Assembly: GCA_963663805.2 (NCBI GenBank)
Contig: CAXXMR010000020.1
Span: 64,001 to 128,000 of the forward strand
Direction of reading: 5' to 3'
Source: Sedimentisphaerales bacterium
GTDB taxonomy: Bacteria; Planctomycetota; Phycisphaerae; Sedimentisphaerales; SM23-30
DNA: 64,000 bases
Position 1 is the first letter of the stretch, and every line of letters begins with the position of its first letter. Shown in pieces: positions 51,293 through 62,080 of this stretch. Position numbers and translations under genes: made by a program. The notes below the pieces were generated by a model. It searched no databases. It was not told the origin of the DNA and saw nothing but the letters and a program-made list of their open reading frames with translations.

Positions 51293-54200
51293 TCAGGGTT
51301 CGTGCCAGGCGGTTTCTTTGAGCCAGTAGTCGCAGAAAATCATGAGGTCTATGGAGTCTACGGTTCCGTCGTGGTTAAGGTCGCCGGTGAGGTCTGTTCC
51401 GGTTAGCGTCCAGTTGTTGGAAATTCCAGTGAAGTCGGCGATATTCACTGTACCGTCATTGGTCAGGTCGGGCAGGAGCTGCCATCCGTTGGGGCATACG
51501 CTTGCTTCTGAAGAGCCGCCGTAGCAGCCGACGTTTACTCTAACGTTTTGACCGGTGACAAAGTTGGGGTCGTTGACACTGATAATCAGTGATTCTTCTC
51601 CGAGGTTGGCACCGGGGTTGCCGGCATCAATACAGGGGCTGGTGGTTGGGTCGGCAATCCATTGCCCCAGTTGCGGGTCCCATCTTCCGGCATCGCTGGT
51701 GAGATGATAATCACCGGGTGCCCAGATGTCATCGGAAGGGTCTAGCGGCGTGTTGGGGTCGTGCCATGAACCAGAGTTGGCAAAGCCGGGGTCAAGATTC
51801 ATGTTTCCGATTCCCTGGCCGGGATAAGGCATGCCCTGAATGCACGCGAAGTAGTTTTCGGTGTCAGCGTTTATGGCAGTAACCTGGGCCTGGTAACTTG
51901 CGCCGCTCAGGTCGAGGTTGTGGTAGATAATGGTATTGTTGATTTTGGGTGTGATGTATCTGAGGTAGAGGCCTGCGGCTTGATGAGCGTGGTTGCCGGC
52001 GATTGTGCAGTGATTGAGGTCGAGTTGGCCGTTGATGAAATAGAGGGCTGCTCCGGTATCAGCGTAGTTTCCGGCAAAGAGTGAATGCTTGATGTTTGTT
52101 TGGGCTTCGCTGTTGACTGAATAGATTACCCCGCCGGTGTCTCCTGCGTAGTTTTCAGTAAATGTGCAATTATTGATGGTCGAGGTGATCGTGCCGTTGG
52201 TGGGGTCGTAAATAACTCCTCCGCAGAATAATGCGACGTTGTTGGAAAATTCGCAGGAGTCAAAAGATACCTGGCTGAACCAGTTTCGGGAAGCTCCGCC
52301 GTTAGCCTGAGCGTAATTATTTTGGAACGTGCAGTTTTCAAAGGCAACAGTGGAGAAGTTATTGGCAACCGCCGCACCTTCTAAAAAAGCCTGGTTGTCA
52401 ATAAATTCGCAGGTACTGATAGTCAGTTCGGAGTATTTATTAAAAATTGCCGCACCACATCTGGCAAAATTATTAACAAAAGTGCAATTATTGATGACCG
52501 GTTGACCATCGTCGATGTACAAACCGCCTCCTCTGTCATTGCCGTCTGCGTCAGCTCTACCGCTGGTGATGGTTACTTTGTCAAGAATGGTGCCGCCGGT
52601 ATTTTGCAGCGAGGTGACGACGTGATAAGCATTATCGCAGGTTGTTTCGGGTAGGTTGGGGTCGTCATCTCTGAGCAGGTCGCCGCTTAATATTGTTTGG
52701 TAATCATTGGGGTCGGTACGATCTGACCAGCTTCCGCCATTGGGCGGGAATCCTCCGTAGATGGCGATATCATCAACCAGTTCGAATGTAGATTCCCTGT
52801 TTCCGGTGTTTCTGTCTGGGTAATAGGTTCCGGCGGCGATTCTGATTTCGGTTATGTCTTCGGAGTTATCGCGGGCTTCGTCGAGGGCGTCCTGTAAATC
52901 GTTATAGGCGGTTATCCAGCTTTGGCCGTTGCCGCCATCGGGGGCGTTGGCACGTACCATTCTTTCGTCTGGAATTGGAGCGAGCTTGACAGACGGGTCT
53001 CCGTAAATATTGAATACGACAAAGTTCATCCATAGTTCAGACTGCTCGGGTACGAGATATTGTTTGATTTCCGCGAGGGCTCTTCCGCCGGTTTGCCGGC
53101 CGTTGACAAGCTGTCTGGCATATTCGTAGCACATTCCCGAATTGGTAGACTCTCCGGCAAAATTCACTCTGCCGGGCATGTACCACGACACCCTGGTGGC
53201 GGCGACGGCGTTGATCGCACCATTTTTGAGAAGCTCGAATGCGAGGTTATTATGAGTTTCAGGATGAGCATTGAGGCAGGAGCACTGAAAAACAAAGCTG
53301 GGATAATTGTCGTTCAGGTCCTGAACACCGTTGACGTCTATTACTCCATCGGCAGAGGTTTCCAGGCCGTGTGTCCACCACAAGGCTAACCCGAATGGAC
53401 TGGTGCTCCAGGTGTTGATGACGTTTGGCATGTTGCAGGGCATGGTTTCCGGGGTGGGTGAAACTCCGGACGCGAGAGTATCATAGATTCGATGGCTGGG
53501 CCAAACATCCGGGTCAAGTATTTCGTTTTTGATTTCCTCACCCAGATGATAGCCGGGAGTGCTGGAGTCGCTGGGCACCATCATCAGCAGAACATTTTGT
53601 CGCCAATCGGTTTGATTGTTCGGAGTCGATTCATAGTTAATAGTTTTGAGGAGAATCTTATCCAGGTTGTATATTGAACCGTAGAAGGGAATCCTGCCAA
53701 CTTGTACTTCCCAGAATCGGTCGATACCATCGGTGACCAGCAAGGCACCTCTCTGACTATCTTCGGGGTGATTGAGGTCGTCGCGGAATTCGCCGTAGAC
53801 GCCGTCGCCGTCGGCATCCCAATTGCCAGTCAGGTCGGAATAGTAATAATCCGAAGGGGCTTCTTTGTACATCGGGTTGGTGGTGGCGTTAAATCTGGGC
53901 CAGAGCATTTTCATCGGTACGTAGCCTTCGTTGGGGTCGGGATTGCCGATGAGGAGTGCGTATTCAATATTGTCAATAAGGTAATGATTTTTGAGCCAGG
54001 TGCGGATATTATCGGCGGCCTGGTCGCCTGTTTCCGTTCCGAAATCGTTTTCGGTAACAACCTGGACATTAAAGCCGAGGTCTTCTTTGTGAGCGACAAA
54101 ATTATCCAGTTGATTGGAATTGTCTACAATATATTGGCTGGTGATAATCGCCAGGCCGATGCCGGAGCTAGATGCTTCCAGTGGGTCCGGAGATGATTGG

Positions 54201-54943
54201 CTCATCATGGAAATGGGGCTGAGGCCTGACTGTTGATAAAAAGACCGGGCCTGATCGAAATTCGAGGTGATTTGCTGTACGGCTGTTTCGGCATAGTAGC
54301 TGTCGTCCGCCAACAGCTGTTGGGCGGCTTGGCTGTAAGCCACTATGGCGGGCTGGTAGCGAACCGCGAGTTCGGCATCCTGAAGAACAAGCAGTTCTTT
54401 GGTAACCGGATTGTATCTTGCCAGAGGTACGGCCACCTGGGCCAATTTCCACTTCCTGAGCTTTCCGAAAGTCACAAAGACCGGTTTGGGTTCGGGCCAG
54501 AGTGCGTTATTTTCATAAATATCTATGTCATAGCCATTTACTATGTTAGCATTTTCGGGCCAGATTGCGATTTCCTGGTTATCGGCCCAAGTAATGATCG
54601 GTGGGGTGGGCTGAATATCGCCCTGAAGTCCAGCGGGGAGGTACTGGACTTGTTCAAATCGGGTGGAGAGGGTTGAATCGTCGGCGTCTGGGGGCAGGAG
54701 GACGGTGATAACCTGCCAAGGGATTTGGGGTTGGCCGGCCTGGTTTAGATATTGGGACTCTTTGGTGGCAAACTGAAAGCTGTTTTGTCCATCGATCGAG
54801 GCTGTGACAAAAATGTCACAAGTATTGTCGGTAAGATTCTGGTCTTCGGTTCCGGTAATAATATTCAGCGTCGCGGCTGGCAGGCCAAGGGTCGCGATAA
54901 GGTTCGCAACTGCCGCAAAGATTAGAATATGAGTTTTTTTCAT
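51293..54943 (-). CDS. C25 (gingipain-family) cysteine peptidase with propeptide, beta-helix repeats and C-terminal dockerin-like motif
   Basis: YALLIG, SDYYYSDL, VQVGRIP, WTHG and CSC catalytic dyad, IYGDPS; FxxNxA-GGA repeats; DLNHDGTVDSIDL. Confidence 0.88.
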   Translation of the reverse strand: MKKTHILIFAAVANLIATLGLPAATLNIITGTEDQNLTDNTCDIFVTASIDGQNSFQFATKESQYLNQAGQPQIPWQVITVLLPPDADDSTLSTRFEQVQYLPAGLQGDIQPTPPIITWADNQEIAIWPENANIVNGYDIDIYENNALWPEPKPVFVTFGKLRKWKLAQVAVPLARYNPVTKELLVLQDAELAVRYQPAIVAYSQAAQQLLADDSYYAETAVQQITSNFDQARSFYQQSGLSPISMMSQSSPDPLEASSSGIGLAIITSQYIVDNSNQLDNFVAHKEDLGFNVQVVTENDFGTETGDQAADNIRTWLKNHYLIDNIEYALLIGNPDPNEGYVPMKMLWPRFNATTNPMYKEAPSDYYYSDLTGNWDADGDGVYGEFRDDLNHPEDSQRGALLVTDGIDRFWEVQVGRIPFYGSIYNLDKILLKTINYESTPNNQTDWRQNVLLMMVPSDSSTPGYHLGEEIKNEILDPDVWPSHRIYDTLASGVSPTPETMPCNMPNVINTWSTSPFGLALWWTHGLETSADGVIDVNGVQDLNDNYPSFVFQCSCLNAHPETHNNLAFELLKNGAINAVAATRVSWYMPGRVNFAGESTNSGMCYEYARQLVNGRQTGGRALAEIKQYLVPEQSELWMNFVVFNIYGDPSVKLAPIPDERMVRANAPDGGNGQSWITAYNDLQDALDEARDNSEDITEIRIAAGTYYPDRNTGNRESTFELVDDIAIYGGFPPNGGSWSDRTDPNDYQTILSGDLLRDDDPNLPETTCDNAYHVVTSLQNTGGTILDKVTITSGRADADGNDRGGGLYIDDGQPVINNCTFVNNFARCGAAIFNKYSELTISTCEFIDNQAFLEGAAVANNFSTVAFENCTFQNNYAQANGGASRNWFSQVSFDSCEFSNNVALFCGGVIYDPTNGTITSTINNCTFTENYAGDTGGVIYSVNSEAQTNIKHSLFAGNYADTGAALYFINGQLDLNHCTIAGNHAHQAAGLYLRYITPKINNTIIYHNLDLSGASYQAQVTAINADTENYFACIQGMPYPGQGIGNMNLDPGFANSGSWHDPNTPLDPSDDIWAPGDYHLTSDAGRWDPQLGQWIADPTTSPCIDAGNPGANLGEESLIISVNDPNFVTGQNVRVNVGCYGGSSEASVCPNGWQLLPDLTNDGTVNIADFTGISNNWTLTGTDLTGDLNHDGTVDSIDLMIFCDYWLKETAWHEP

Positions 54944-55596
54944 AGTTACCGCCGAATCCGATGGCCAACTTTCGCCAATGCCTTTTTAAAGGCGGCATTA
55001 CGCGAGACTTGCCCAATTTCCGGCCACAGCCGGAATGTTGCCTCTCGAACTCAACCCTTTGTCTCCAAACGACATAAAAAAATAAATATGTGGTCATTTG
55101 GTCAAATCTGAGCGGGTGAGCCTAAAGTTGCGAAGCAAATTGCCTATTTTAACTTTTTCGGTCTTCTACAGGCAGGCTTCTGGCAACCGATCCAGGGGTA
55201 TAAGAATAATAAAATTATTTCAAAAAAAATACCGGATACCCAGTCAGTCGCTTGCCATTACTAATAATACGTTTAACTCATTATAGCAGTTCATGTTTTT
55301 CTTAAAAAAATAAAAATAAAAAAATGTCTAAAATTTAGTATTTTTTTCAGCTATTACATACAAAAAACGACATTATAGGTCTTTTATTGTCTGAATTTAT
55401 TCAAACAAAAAAAGATTCTGGTCGTATTAGTCTCAGGTGATTTGGTATTACCTGTTGCCATATAACCATTTATTGGGTTAATCGGCATAATCAGCACTGG
55501 GTTGCCCACATTTGGTTATTTTTGTGGGACTTTAGGGCCGATAACTTAATTTAGTTATTTATAAGGGCTTATCAATACTGATAAAGGTTTTTTGGT

Positions 55597-55626
55597 TTGA
55601 CAAATAGGGTGTTTCTGGTGTACACT
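55597..55626 (+). promoter_or_regulatory. Putative sigma70 promoter giving a ~400-nt 5' UTR
   Basis: TTGACA-N18-TACACT. Confidence 0.45.
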
Positions 55627-56033
55627 TACTCAAACGTCGGTTTGGCCGTCAAGGATGACTGTGCTTCAAATCTGAAGCTTCCGGCGGCTCAAGGGAGTTC
55701 TGGAAAGGATTTACGGTTGGCGATGGGAGGCCAGGGGGGTATGCCTTCCTCCGGCCAGCGGCGAATTGTTGTGTTTCAGGATGATTCCTGGGAAGCGGAG
55801 AGTTGATTGAGGAAGTTTTTTGGATTCTACCATTAGTCAGTTGTGCGGTATTTTCGCGGCAGAGGCGATTGCTTAGTTTTTTCTGCTGAGGGAGTTTCCG
55901 CGTTTTTTTGTTGTAGTGTCGTTTGGATGTAATTTTGTAAAAAGCTCACGGATTGGGAGATTATTAGTTGTATTCCGGTTGGAGTTTCAAGGATGTCCGG
56001 GCCGGAACCTTAAGTAGTATGGAAGGGTGAAAG

Positions 56034-57137
56034 ATGTTGAGAAGTATAGCTTTATGTTTGGCTGCACTGGTATGTTTGTCCAGCAGTGTGTTTGCCCAGT
56101 TGGACAATGATGTCTGTGGTGACGCGGCGGCGATGATTTATGGTAAAGTCTACGCTGGCACCACGGTTGATTCTGTGGACGAGGGTATTTTTACCGCGGG
56201 CTGCGATGCGGCTTACACCAAAGATGTTTGGTATTCCTACAGCACTGCCGTTGCCGGCAAGTACAGTGTGGATGTGACGGGCGTCCAGGATGTTTCTTTG
56301 GCGATCTATGATTCCTGCGGGAACGTGAACCCCATCGCCTGTGACGTGAGTTACTATGGTGTGTCAACTCAAGCCCGGACCCTGGTTGATTTTGCCGCTG
56401 GCCCGACCTATTATATCAGAGTAGCTTCCATGGTTGGTCAAGAAGATGCTTTTGATATTAGTGTTTCGATGGCTGCGGATATAGAGCTCGATGGTGTTAT
56501 TGACATCGCGGATTTTGAGATTTTGGCTGATGAATGGCTGGCGGGCACTCCCGCCGGTGACGTTCCCAGTCGTACCGACATTGAGCCTGTTGCCGCTAAC
56601 GGTGACCAGATTATCGACCTGTTCGATTTCGCTGGTTTGGCTGGTGCATGGGGCCAGACGCCGGGCGCAACAAATTTGATTACAATCAACGTTATTGGTG
56701 ACGGCACAGTTGAGCCGGCTGCCGGTAGCTATACCTACTGGTCAGGAGATGTAATTAACCTTACCGCTACTCCCGGCAATGATATGGGTTTGAAGTACTG
56801 GAGTGGTACTGATGATGACGCCCACACTGGGCTGACCAACATTCATACTGTAGCCGGCAATGCTACCATTACGGTTGTATTTGGCCCGATGTTTATGTTG
56901 ACCACTAAAGTCCATTATACCGGCCATGGTACAATCGACCCTATCGCTCTGCCGACTACTCACGAGTATGTAGAAGGTACGGTAGTGACGGTTTCAGGTT
57001 TTCCCAATCCGGGTTATCAGGTAGCGACCGGCGGTTTAGGCTGGTTTGGCACTGACGATGATTCGCTTTCGACTCCGACCAATACGGTTACGATGAATGC
57101 GAACCATTATGTTGAGGTTCGGTTCGAGAAGAAGTAA
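56034..57137 (+). CDS. Secreted protein with PPC-like, dockerin-like and InlB-B/Flg_new-type repeats
   Basis: Signal peptide; DVWYSY...TYYIRV; DGVIDIADFEILADEWL; LTATP..WSGTDDD. Confidence 0.7.
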   Translation: MLRSIALCLAALVCLSSSVFAQLDNDVCGDAAAMIYGKVYAGTTVDSVDEGIFTAGCDAAYTKDVWYSYSTAVAGKYSVDVTGVQDVSLAIYDSCGNVNPIACDVSYYGVSTQARTLVDFAAGPTYYIRVASMVGQEDAFDISVSMAADIELDGVIDIADFEILADEWLAGTPAGDVPSRTDIEPVAANGDQIIDLFDFAGLAGAWGQTPGATNLITINVIGDGTVEPAAGSYTYWSGDVINLTATPGNDMGLKYWSGTDDDAHTGLTNIHTVAGNATITVVFGPMFMLTTKVHYTGHGTIDPIALPTTHEYVEGTVVTVSGFPNPGYQVATGGLGWFGTDDDSLSTPTNTVTMNANHYVEVRFEKK

Positions 57138-57276
57138 CCGGTGTGAAATTGAAATAATAGTTTGCGATAGTAGAGTTGGTCTGTTATATATTCCGACTTC
57201 AGTATAAAATCGTGGCTGTATTAACTGTAAATGTGACAGGGATAGTTTTTGCCCACTAGAGAGAAAGGGTGTCGGC

Positions 57277-60200
57277 ATGAAGAAGATGAGATTTTTATTA
57301 AGTTTAACGTTGGTATTGAGTCTGGCTGTGTTTACGAGCAGTTGGGCTGCCGTCAATGGTCCTGAAGACCCGGCGGTTGATTTGGTGAATAATGATTTCG
57401 CTGGTCGTGAGATTTTGCCCGCGGGTGAAGTTTCGGTAGTTGGCTATGATATTGAAGGTTCAATTTCGCCTGATACCTATATGGGTGCTTTTGATGAGAA
57501 CTGGATATTGATACCGGGTGCCACAAATGACGATATTGTCCCCGGCAACACCGCCAGTGCTTTGACCGGCATTGTTGTGAATGTTGCGGACAAATCAATC
57601 AATCTGATGGTTACCGGTTATCCTGATGACGATGATGATTTTGACGGTATGAACAGTTTTGTTCACGACCCAACTCTGGGGCCCCATGAGCAAAAGGGCT
57701 GGTTTGAGGTAGACGTTGTTATTTATGACAGTGCCGACCCGGCTACAATTTTGGATACTTTCACGTTTGGTCCGGCTCAGTTGACTCCCGGCAATGTTGT
57801 TCCGCTTTCTGGAATTACCGAGGCTGTGGGTGCTGACCTGCGTTTTGACGCCACGGTAAACAATCAGCTTGATGATATTGTTGGTGATGACCCTATCGAC
57901 TATTTCGAGTTTAATGGTTTGGTCGCCGGTGCGCCTTTCACTGCTGCGGTATCACTGGGTGATTTGAGTGCGGTTCTGACCTGGTTTGATGAAAACGGCG
58001 GTGTTTTGCTTAGTGATACGGGTGACATTACAGTACCGTCCTGGCCCAGTGTTGGCGGCGGTATCGGCGATGTTGTTCCCGCGGACGGTCGGATTATTCT
58101 GGGCGTTACGGGTGTCCCTACTGCCGGTTATGGGCCTTTTGATGGTCACCATCGCGAGAGTACAATTGGTATTTTGCCTTATGATCTCGACGTTACGGTT
58201 GATACCAGTGGTGGTAGTGTTCGTACCTTGGCGCTGAATGTGAACGGCGGCAATGGTACTCTGGCCGCTGAGGGCGGCAATGACCATGATTATTATGATG
58301 ATGGTGTGACGCCGATAGTGGTTAATCTGACCGCTACTCCGTCCGCTCATTACAAAGTTGAAAGTTGGACTGGTACTGACAATGACGCTTTGTTGACAAA
58401 TAACAATACTGTTACGATGGATATGAACCAGGCCGTTACGGTTGAATTTGAAAAGATTCAGGCTCTGTTGATTACAGGTGTTTCCGGTTCGGAAAAACAC
58501 GGTACCCTTTCACCTGCGACGGGTATGGTTTATGCCGGTACGGTTGTTACTCTGGTTGCGACCCCTGAAGAGGGTTATGTGGTCGATTTCTGGGCCAACA
58601 CAGACAATGACAATCTGAAATCGAATGAGAATACGATTACTATCGCTAACAGCGATGATTATGATAGTGGTATTCCGGTTACCGTTAGCGTTGAGTTCAA
58701 GAAAGACGTTGACCGTTACCAGTTGAATACTTCGGTGGTTGGCTCTGGTACTTTGACTCCGGCAAGCGGCATACAGGTCGCTTCCACTCAGGTAGCTCTG
58801 GTTGCGACTCCGGCTGAAGGCTGGCGGGTGAAGAGCTGGACCGGTACCAATAACGATGAATCTGTCGCCGAAGATAATGCTGTGACGATGACCAGTGCGA
58901 AGTCTGTGGTCGTTGAGTTTGAACAGATTCCGCCGAGCTATCAGTTGGCTGTTTCGGTCGCTGGTGGCGAAGGTTCGGTTAATCCGACCGGTGGCACTTT
59001 TGAGTCTGGTACAGAGGTTGCTTTGACCGCTACGCCCGCTACCGGCTGGCGTGTAAAGGCTTGGAGCGGCACCGATAACGATGCTTCGACGGCCAATACT
59101 AATGTTGTTACGATAGATGAATCGAATACTGTCACGGTTGAATTTGAGGCTATTCCGGCCAGTTATACTCTGACCGCTTCGGTTGCAGCCGGCGAAGGGA
59201 CAATCGCCCCGACCAGCGGCAGCTATGAAGACGGTACGATTGTAACCCTGACCGCTACGCCCGCTTCCGGCTGGCGTGTGAAAGTCTGGAGTGGTACTAA
59301 TGATGACGCTTCAGTCGCTGAGACCAACGCCGTTACTATGAATGCGGCCAAGACAGTTTCGGTTGAGTTTGAAGAAATTAATCCTTCTCCGGTTGTTACA
59401 AAGTATGCTCTGAATCTGAGTGTTGCCAGTGGCGAAGGTACTGTAAGTGCCGACCCGGCTGGTGAAGTCAGTGGTGACGATGTAGTTTATGACCCCAATA
59501 CCGTTATTACTTTCACCGCGGTTCCGACCGAGGGGTGGCAGGTTGATGTTTGGGTTGGTGCGACCGCTGGTGCCGGCAATACCGCCACTTTGACGATGCC
59601 CGCTGCTGAAGCCACTGTTACGGTTTCGTTCGTGCGGATTCCTGACGCTTCGATGGCTGTGGATGCGATGAAAATCAAGGTTGATAAGGATCGTATGGAT
59701 CACCAGGACAGCCTGGAATTCGAAGGTGTATTTGGGGCGACCTCCGCTCAGTTGTTAGCCGCTGATTCGATTATCGTGCGGATTTATGCTGATGACGAAC
59801 TGTTGTTCGCTTCGGCTGAAATCGCGGTTTCGGCTGACAATTACAACAATAGCAAGAATGCCTACAGCTATGATAACAAAGTTGGTAAAGACGACCCGGG
59901 CGCGGTATCTGAGATTGATTTTGACTTTGAAGATGGCGAATTCTCGGTTGAAATCGACAATGCCGACCTGACTGGTTTTGTTGCCCCGATTACCGTTGAA
60001 ATCGAGTTCGGCGAATACTATGGTTACGATGATGTTTCCGCCGCTGAGATCAACAAGGGCAAGGAATTGCCGATTGGTCTGCTGATGGGTGCCGAAGACA
60101 CTCTGGCGGTAAGTAAGTTCAAGACCTACGAAGACGGCGATAAGTTCAGTGCCAGCGGCACGATTACTGTTGCTGACTTCCCGGTCGATCTGACTGATGA

Positions 60201-60438
60201 AGCGGTAACGGTCACCTGGGCCGGTACGGCTTTTGAGTTGGCCGTCGGTGACTTCGCTCAGAGCGGCAGCAAGCCCAAGTACAAAGCTAGTGTCGAGACC
60301 GCCAACGGCGATATTTCGATTACTATTGACCTGTATAAGGGTACCTTCAAGCTGAAGGTCAAGAATGCTGAAGGTCTGGCCACTACCGGTACGCTGGAGA
60401 TTTCGTTCGGCAGCTTTACCGAATCGGTTGACCTGTAA
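57277..60438 (+). CDS. Large acidic surface protein with about 6 InlB-B/Flg_new-type repeats
   Basis: Signal peptide; repeated GxGTxxP...V.LTATPxxGWxVxxWxGTxND...VTM..VxVEFE. Confidence 0.75.
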   Translation: MKKMRFLLSLTLVLSLAVFTSSWAAVNGPEDPAVDLVNNDFAGREILPAGEVSVVGYDIEGSISPDTYMGAFDENWILIPGATNDDIVPGNTASALTGIVVNVADKSINLMVTGYPDDDDDFDGMNSFVHDPTLGPHEQKGWFEVDVVIYDSADPATILDTFTFGPAQLTPGNVVPLSGITEAVGADLRFDATVNNQLDDIVGDDPIDYFEFNGLVAGAPFTAAVSLGDLSAVLTWFDENGGVLLSDTGDITVPSWPSVGGGIGDVVPADGRIILGVTGVPTAGYGPFDGHHRESTIGILPYDLDVTVDTSGGSVRTLALNVNGGNGTLAAEGGNDHDYYDDGVTPIVVNLTATPSAHYKVESWTGTDNDALLTNNNTVTMDMNQAVTVEFEKIQALLITGVSGSEKHGTLSPATGMVYAGTVVTLVATPEEGYVVDFWANTDNDNLKSNENTITIANSDDYDSGIPVTVSVEFKKDVDRYQLNTSVVGSGTLTPASGIQVASTQVALVATPAEGWRVKSWTGTNNDESVAEDNAVTMTSAKSVVVEFEQIPPSYQLAVSVAGGEGSVNPTGGTFESGTEVALTATPATGWRVKAWSGTDNDASTANTNVVTIDESNTVTVEFEAIPASYTLTASVAAGEGTIAPTSGSYEDGTIVTLTATPASGWRVKVWSGTNDDASVAETNAVTMNAAKTVSVEFEEINPSPVVTKYALNLSVASGEGTVSADPAGEVSGDDVVYDPNTVITFTAVPTEGWQVDVWVGATAGAGNTATLTMPAAEATVTVSFVRIPDASMAVDAMKIKVDKDRMDHQDSLEFEGVFGATSAQLLAADSIIVRIYADDELLFASAEIAVSADNYNNSKNAYSYDNKVGKDDPGAVSEIDFDFEDGEFSVEIDNADLTGFVAPITVEIEFGEYYGYDDVSAAEINKGKELPIGLLMGAEDTLAVSKFKTYEDGDKFSASGTITVADFPVDLTDEAVTVTWAGTAFELAVGDFAQSGSKPKYKASVETANGDISITIDLYKGTFKLKVKNAEGLATTGTLEISFGSFTESVDL

Positions 60439-60478
60439 GATTTGTGATGCCGGTTGAAAAGCCGTTGATAAGAAGATT

Positions 60479-60515
60479 AAAGACCCTGTCGGAATTTCCG
60501 GCGGGGTCTTTTTTT
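60479..60515 (+). terminator. Rho-independent terminator
   Basis: aaagaccctgtcgga-att-tccggcggggtcttt stem ending in a T-run. Confidence 0.8.
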
Positions 60516-60654
60516 GTGCCCGGGATAAGTTCATGCTCCAAGAGGCAAAGTCCCCCGCAGGCCTTGATGGGCGGAACCGCGAGTCCGATGATGGTGATTA
60601 GTATTGAAAATGGAGCCAGATTTGCATCGAAATCTGAGCCACTTAGGTTAGTAA

Positions 60655-62009
60655 CTCAAACTGACCGATTGAAGGGATTTTGATGGTATTGATAGTTGAA
60701 CAAAAAAGGCCTTTCGAGCCGATAAATGTAGTGCAAACCAACATTTACTGGCAAGGAGGCCTTATGCTTACTATCGGCAAAATTCCTCAAAAAGTCAAAA
60801 CTTTTTTTTGGCCGACCAAAAACACGGTTTCGGCTCACGTTTATTCTTATTATTGCAATATGGTGATTGCTATTTGTATCAGCCACGGTAGTACCATCGA
60901 CAGGCTGGTAAAGCTCTTGCACAATGCTACTCACCGCACCAATCACGGTGAATTTCTTTGGCGCAGTGACTTTGACGAGATGGCTGTGGTTAAAGGTCAG
61001 GCTGTCGGAATGCTCAGTGGTCTCTTCAAAAAAGGATGCAAAGACTGTCTGCTGATTATCGACGACACTCAAACGATCAAGCGGGCCAAGAAGATGCAGG
61101 CGGTCGGCAAGATACATCATCATGCCTCCGGGAAATACTGCATGGGCCATACCATTGTCAAAGCTTGTCTGTTTTACCGAGGCGTAACTATACCTTTGGG
61201 TTCCTGGCTGTACGTCAAAAAAGAACATGTCAAAGAACTTAAGGTTCCCTTCCAAAAACTTACGGAACTGGCCGGGCAAATTGTTCGGACAGCAGAAATT
61301 CCCGAGAAATTTGATGTCACTGTTTTGTTCGATGCGTTCTATCTTTGTCCTGCGGTTGTCAATGCCTGTAAAGCAAGGAAATGGCGTTATATTGGGGTTA
61401 GCAAGTCGAATCGCTGGCTTACCGTTAGTTCGACCAAACATAAGATTGGCAAATACGGTAAGAATATTTTGAACCGAACTGGCAGTTGGCATAGCATTAA
61501 GGGGCTGCGTAAAACCTCCTCCTACAAACTCGCTCAGCGTGCTGGAGTGATGAATAAACTTGGCGAAGTTAAAGTTGTGTTCTCCAAGCGCCGGAACGAT
61601 CGTAATGTGATTGCTCTGGTTACGAACGACCTGCGCTTGTCGACGAAGAAAATTGTCAGCCGCTATCTGAAGCGTTGGGCAATTGAGGTGATGATCAAAG
61701 AACAGAAACAGCATCTGGGACTGGGCGATTACCGTGTTTGGCGGTACCGGGCGATAGTTAGACACCTGTCCCTGGTCGATAGTGCCTATGCCTGCCTGAC
61801 CCATGTTGGCCTGAATGACCAACGTGCACAAGGCCATAAAAACGATACCAAGAATATGCTGTCTGTGCCGCCGATCAGCCAACCCAAAGCTCAAATGCAC
61901 CAGATTGTCTGGAATCAGGAGGTTCAAAATGTTATTAAAGTGTCTCATGATAAAAAAGTTATCCGCCGCCTGGAAAAACTCCTTGCGGCATAAAATCGGT
62001 CAGTTTAAG
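60655..62009 (+). mobile_element. IS701-like element, copy 2
   Basis: IRs ctcaaactgaccgat / atcggtcagtttaag; TTAGTAA on both sides (60648-60654, 62010-62016). Confidence 0.88.
60680..61993 (+). CDS. IS701-like DDE transposase
   Basis: Near-identical to 44589-45902. Confidence 0.88.
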   Translation: MMVLIVEQKRPFEPINVVQTNIYWQGGLMLTIGKIPQKVKTFFWPTKNTVSAHVYSYYCNMVIAICISHGSTIDRLVKLLHNATHRTNHGEFLWRSDFDEMAVVKGQAVGMLSGLFKKGCKDCLLIIDDTQTIKRAKKMQAVGKIHHHASGKYCMGHTIVKACLFYRGVTIPLGSWLYVKKEHVKELKVPFQKLTELAGQIVRTAEIPEKFDVTVLFDAFYLCPAVVNACKARKWRYIGVSKSNRWLTVSSTKHKIGKYGKNILNRTGSWHSIKGLRKTSSYKLAQRAGVMNKLGEVKVVFSKRRNDRNVIALVTNDLRLSTKKIVSRYLKRWAIEVMIKEQKQHLGLGDYRVWRYRAIVRHLSLVDSAYACLTHVGLNDQRAQGHKNDTKNMLSVPPISQPKAQMHQIVWNQEVQNVIKVSHDKKVIRRLEKLLAA

Positions 62010-62080
62010 TTAGTAAAATAACGCCGATTTCGGCGTTGTCAATAGGGATTCTGGTCCTTTTTCGTTGGATTGAGGCTTTC

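Noticed and set aside
54950..55100. c-di-GMP riboswitch upstream of the C25 peptidase
   Set aside because: Hairpins are present but I could not match class I or class II consensus motifs.
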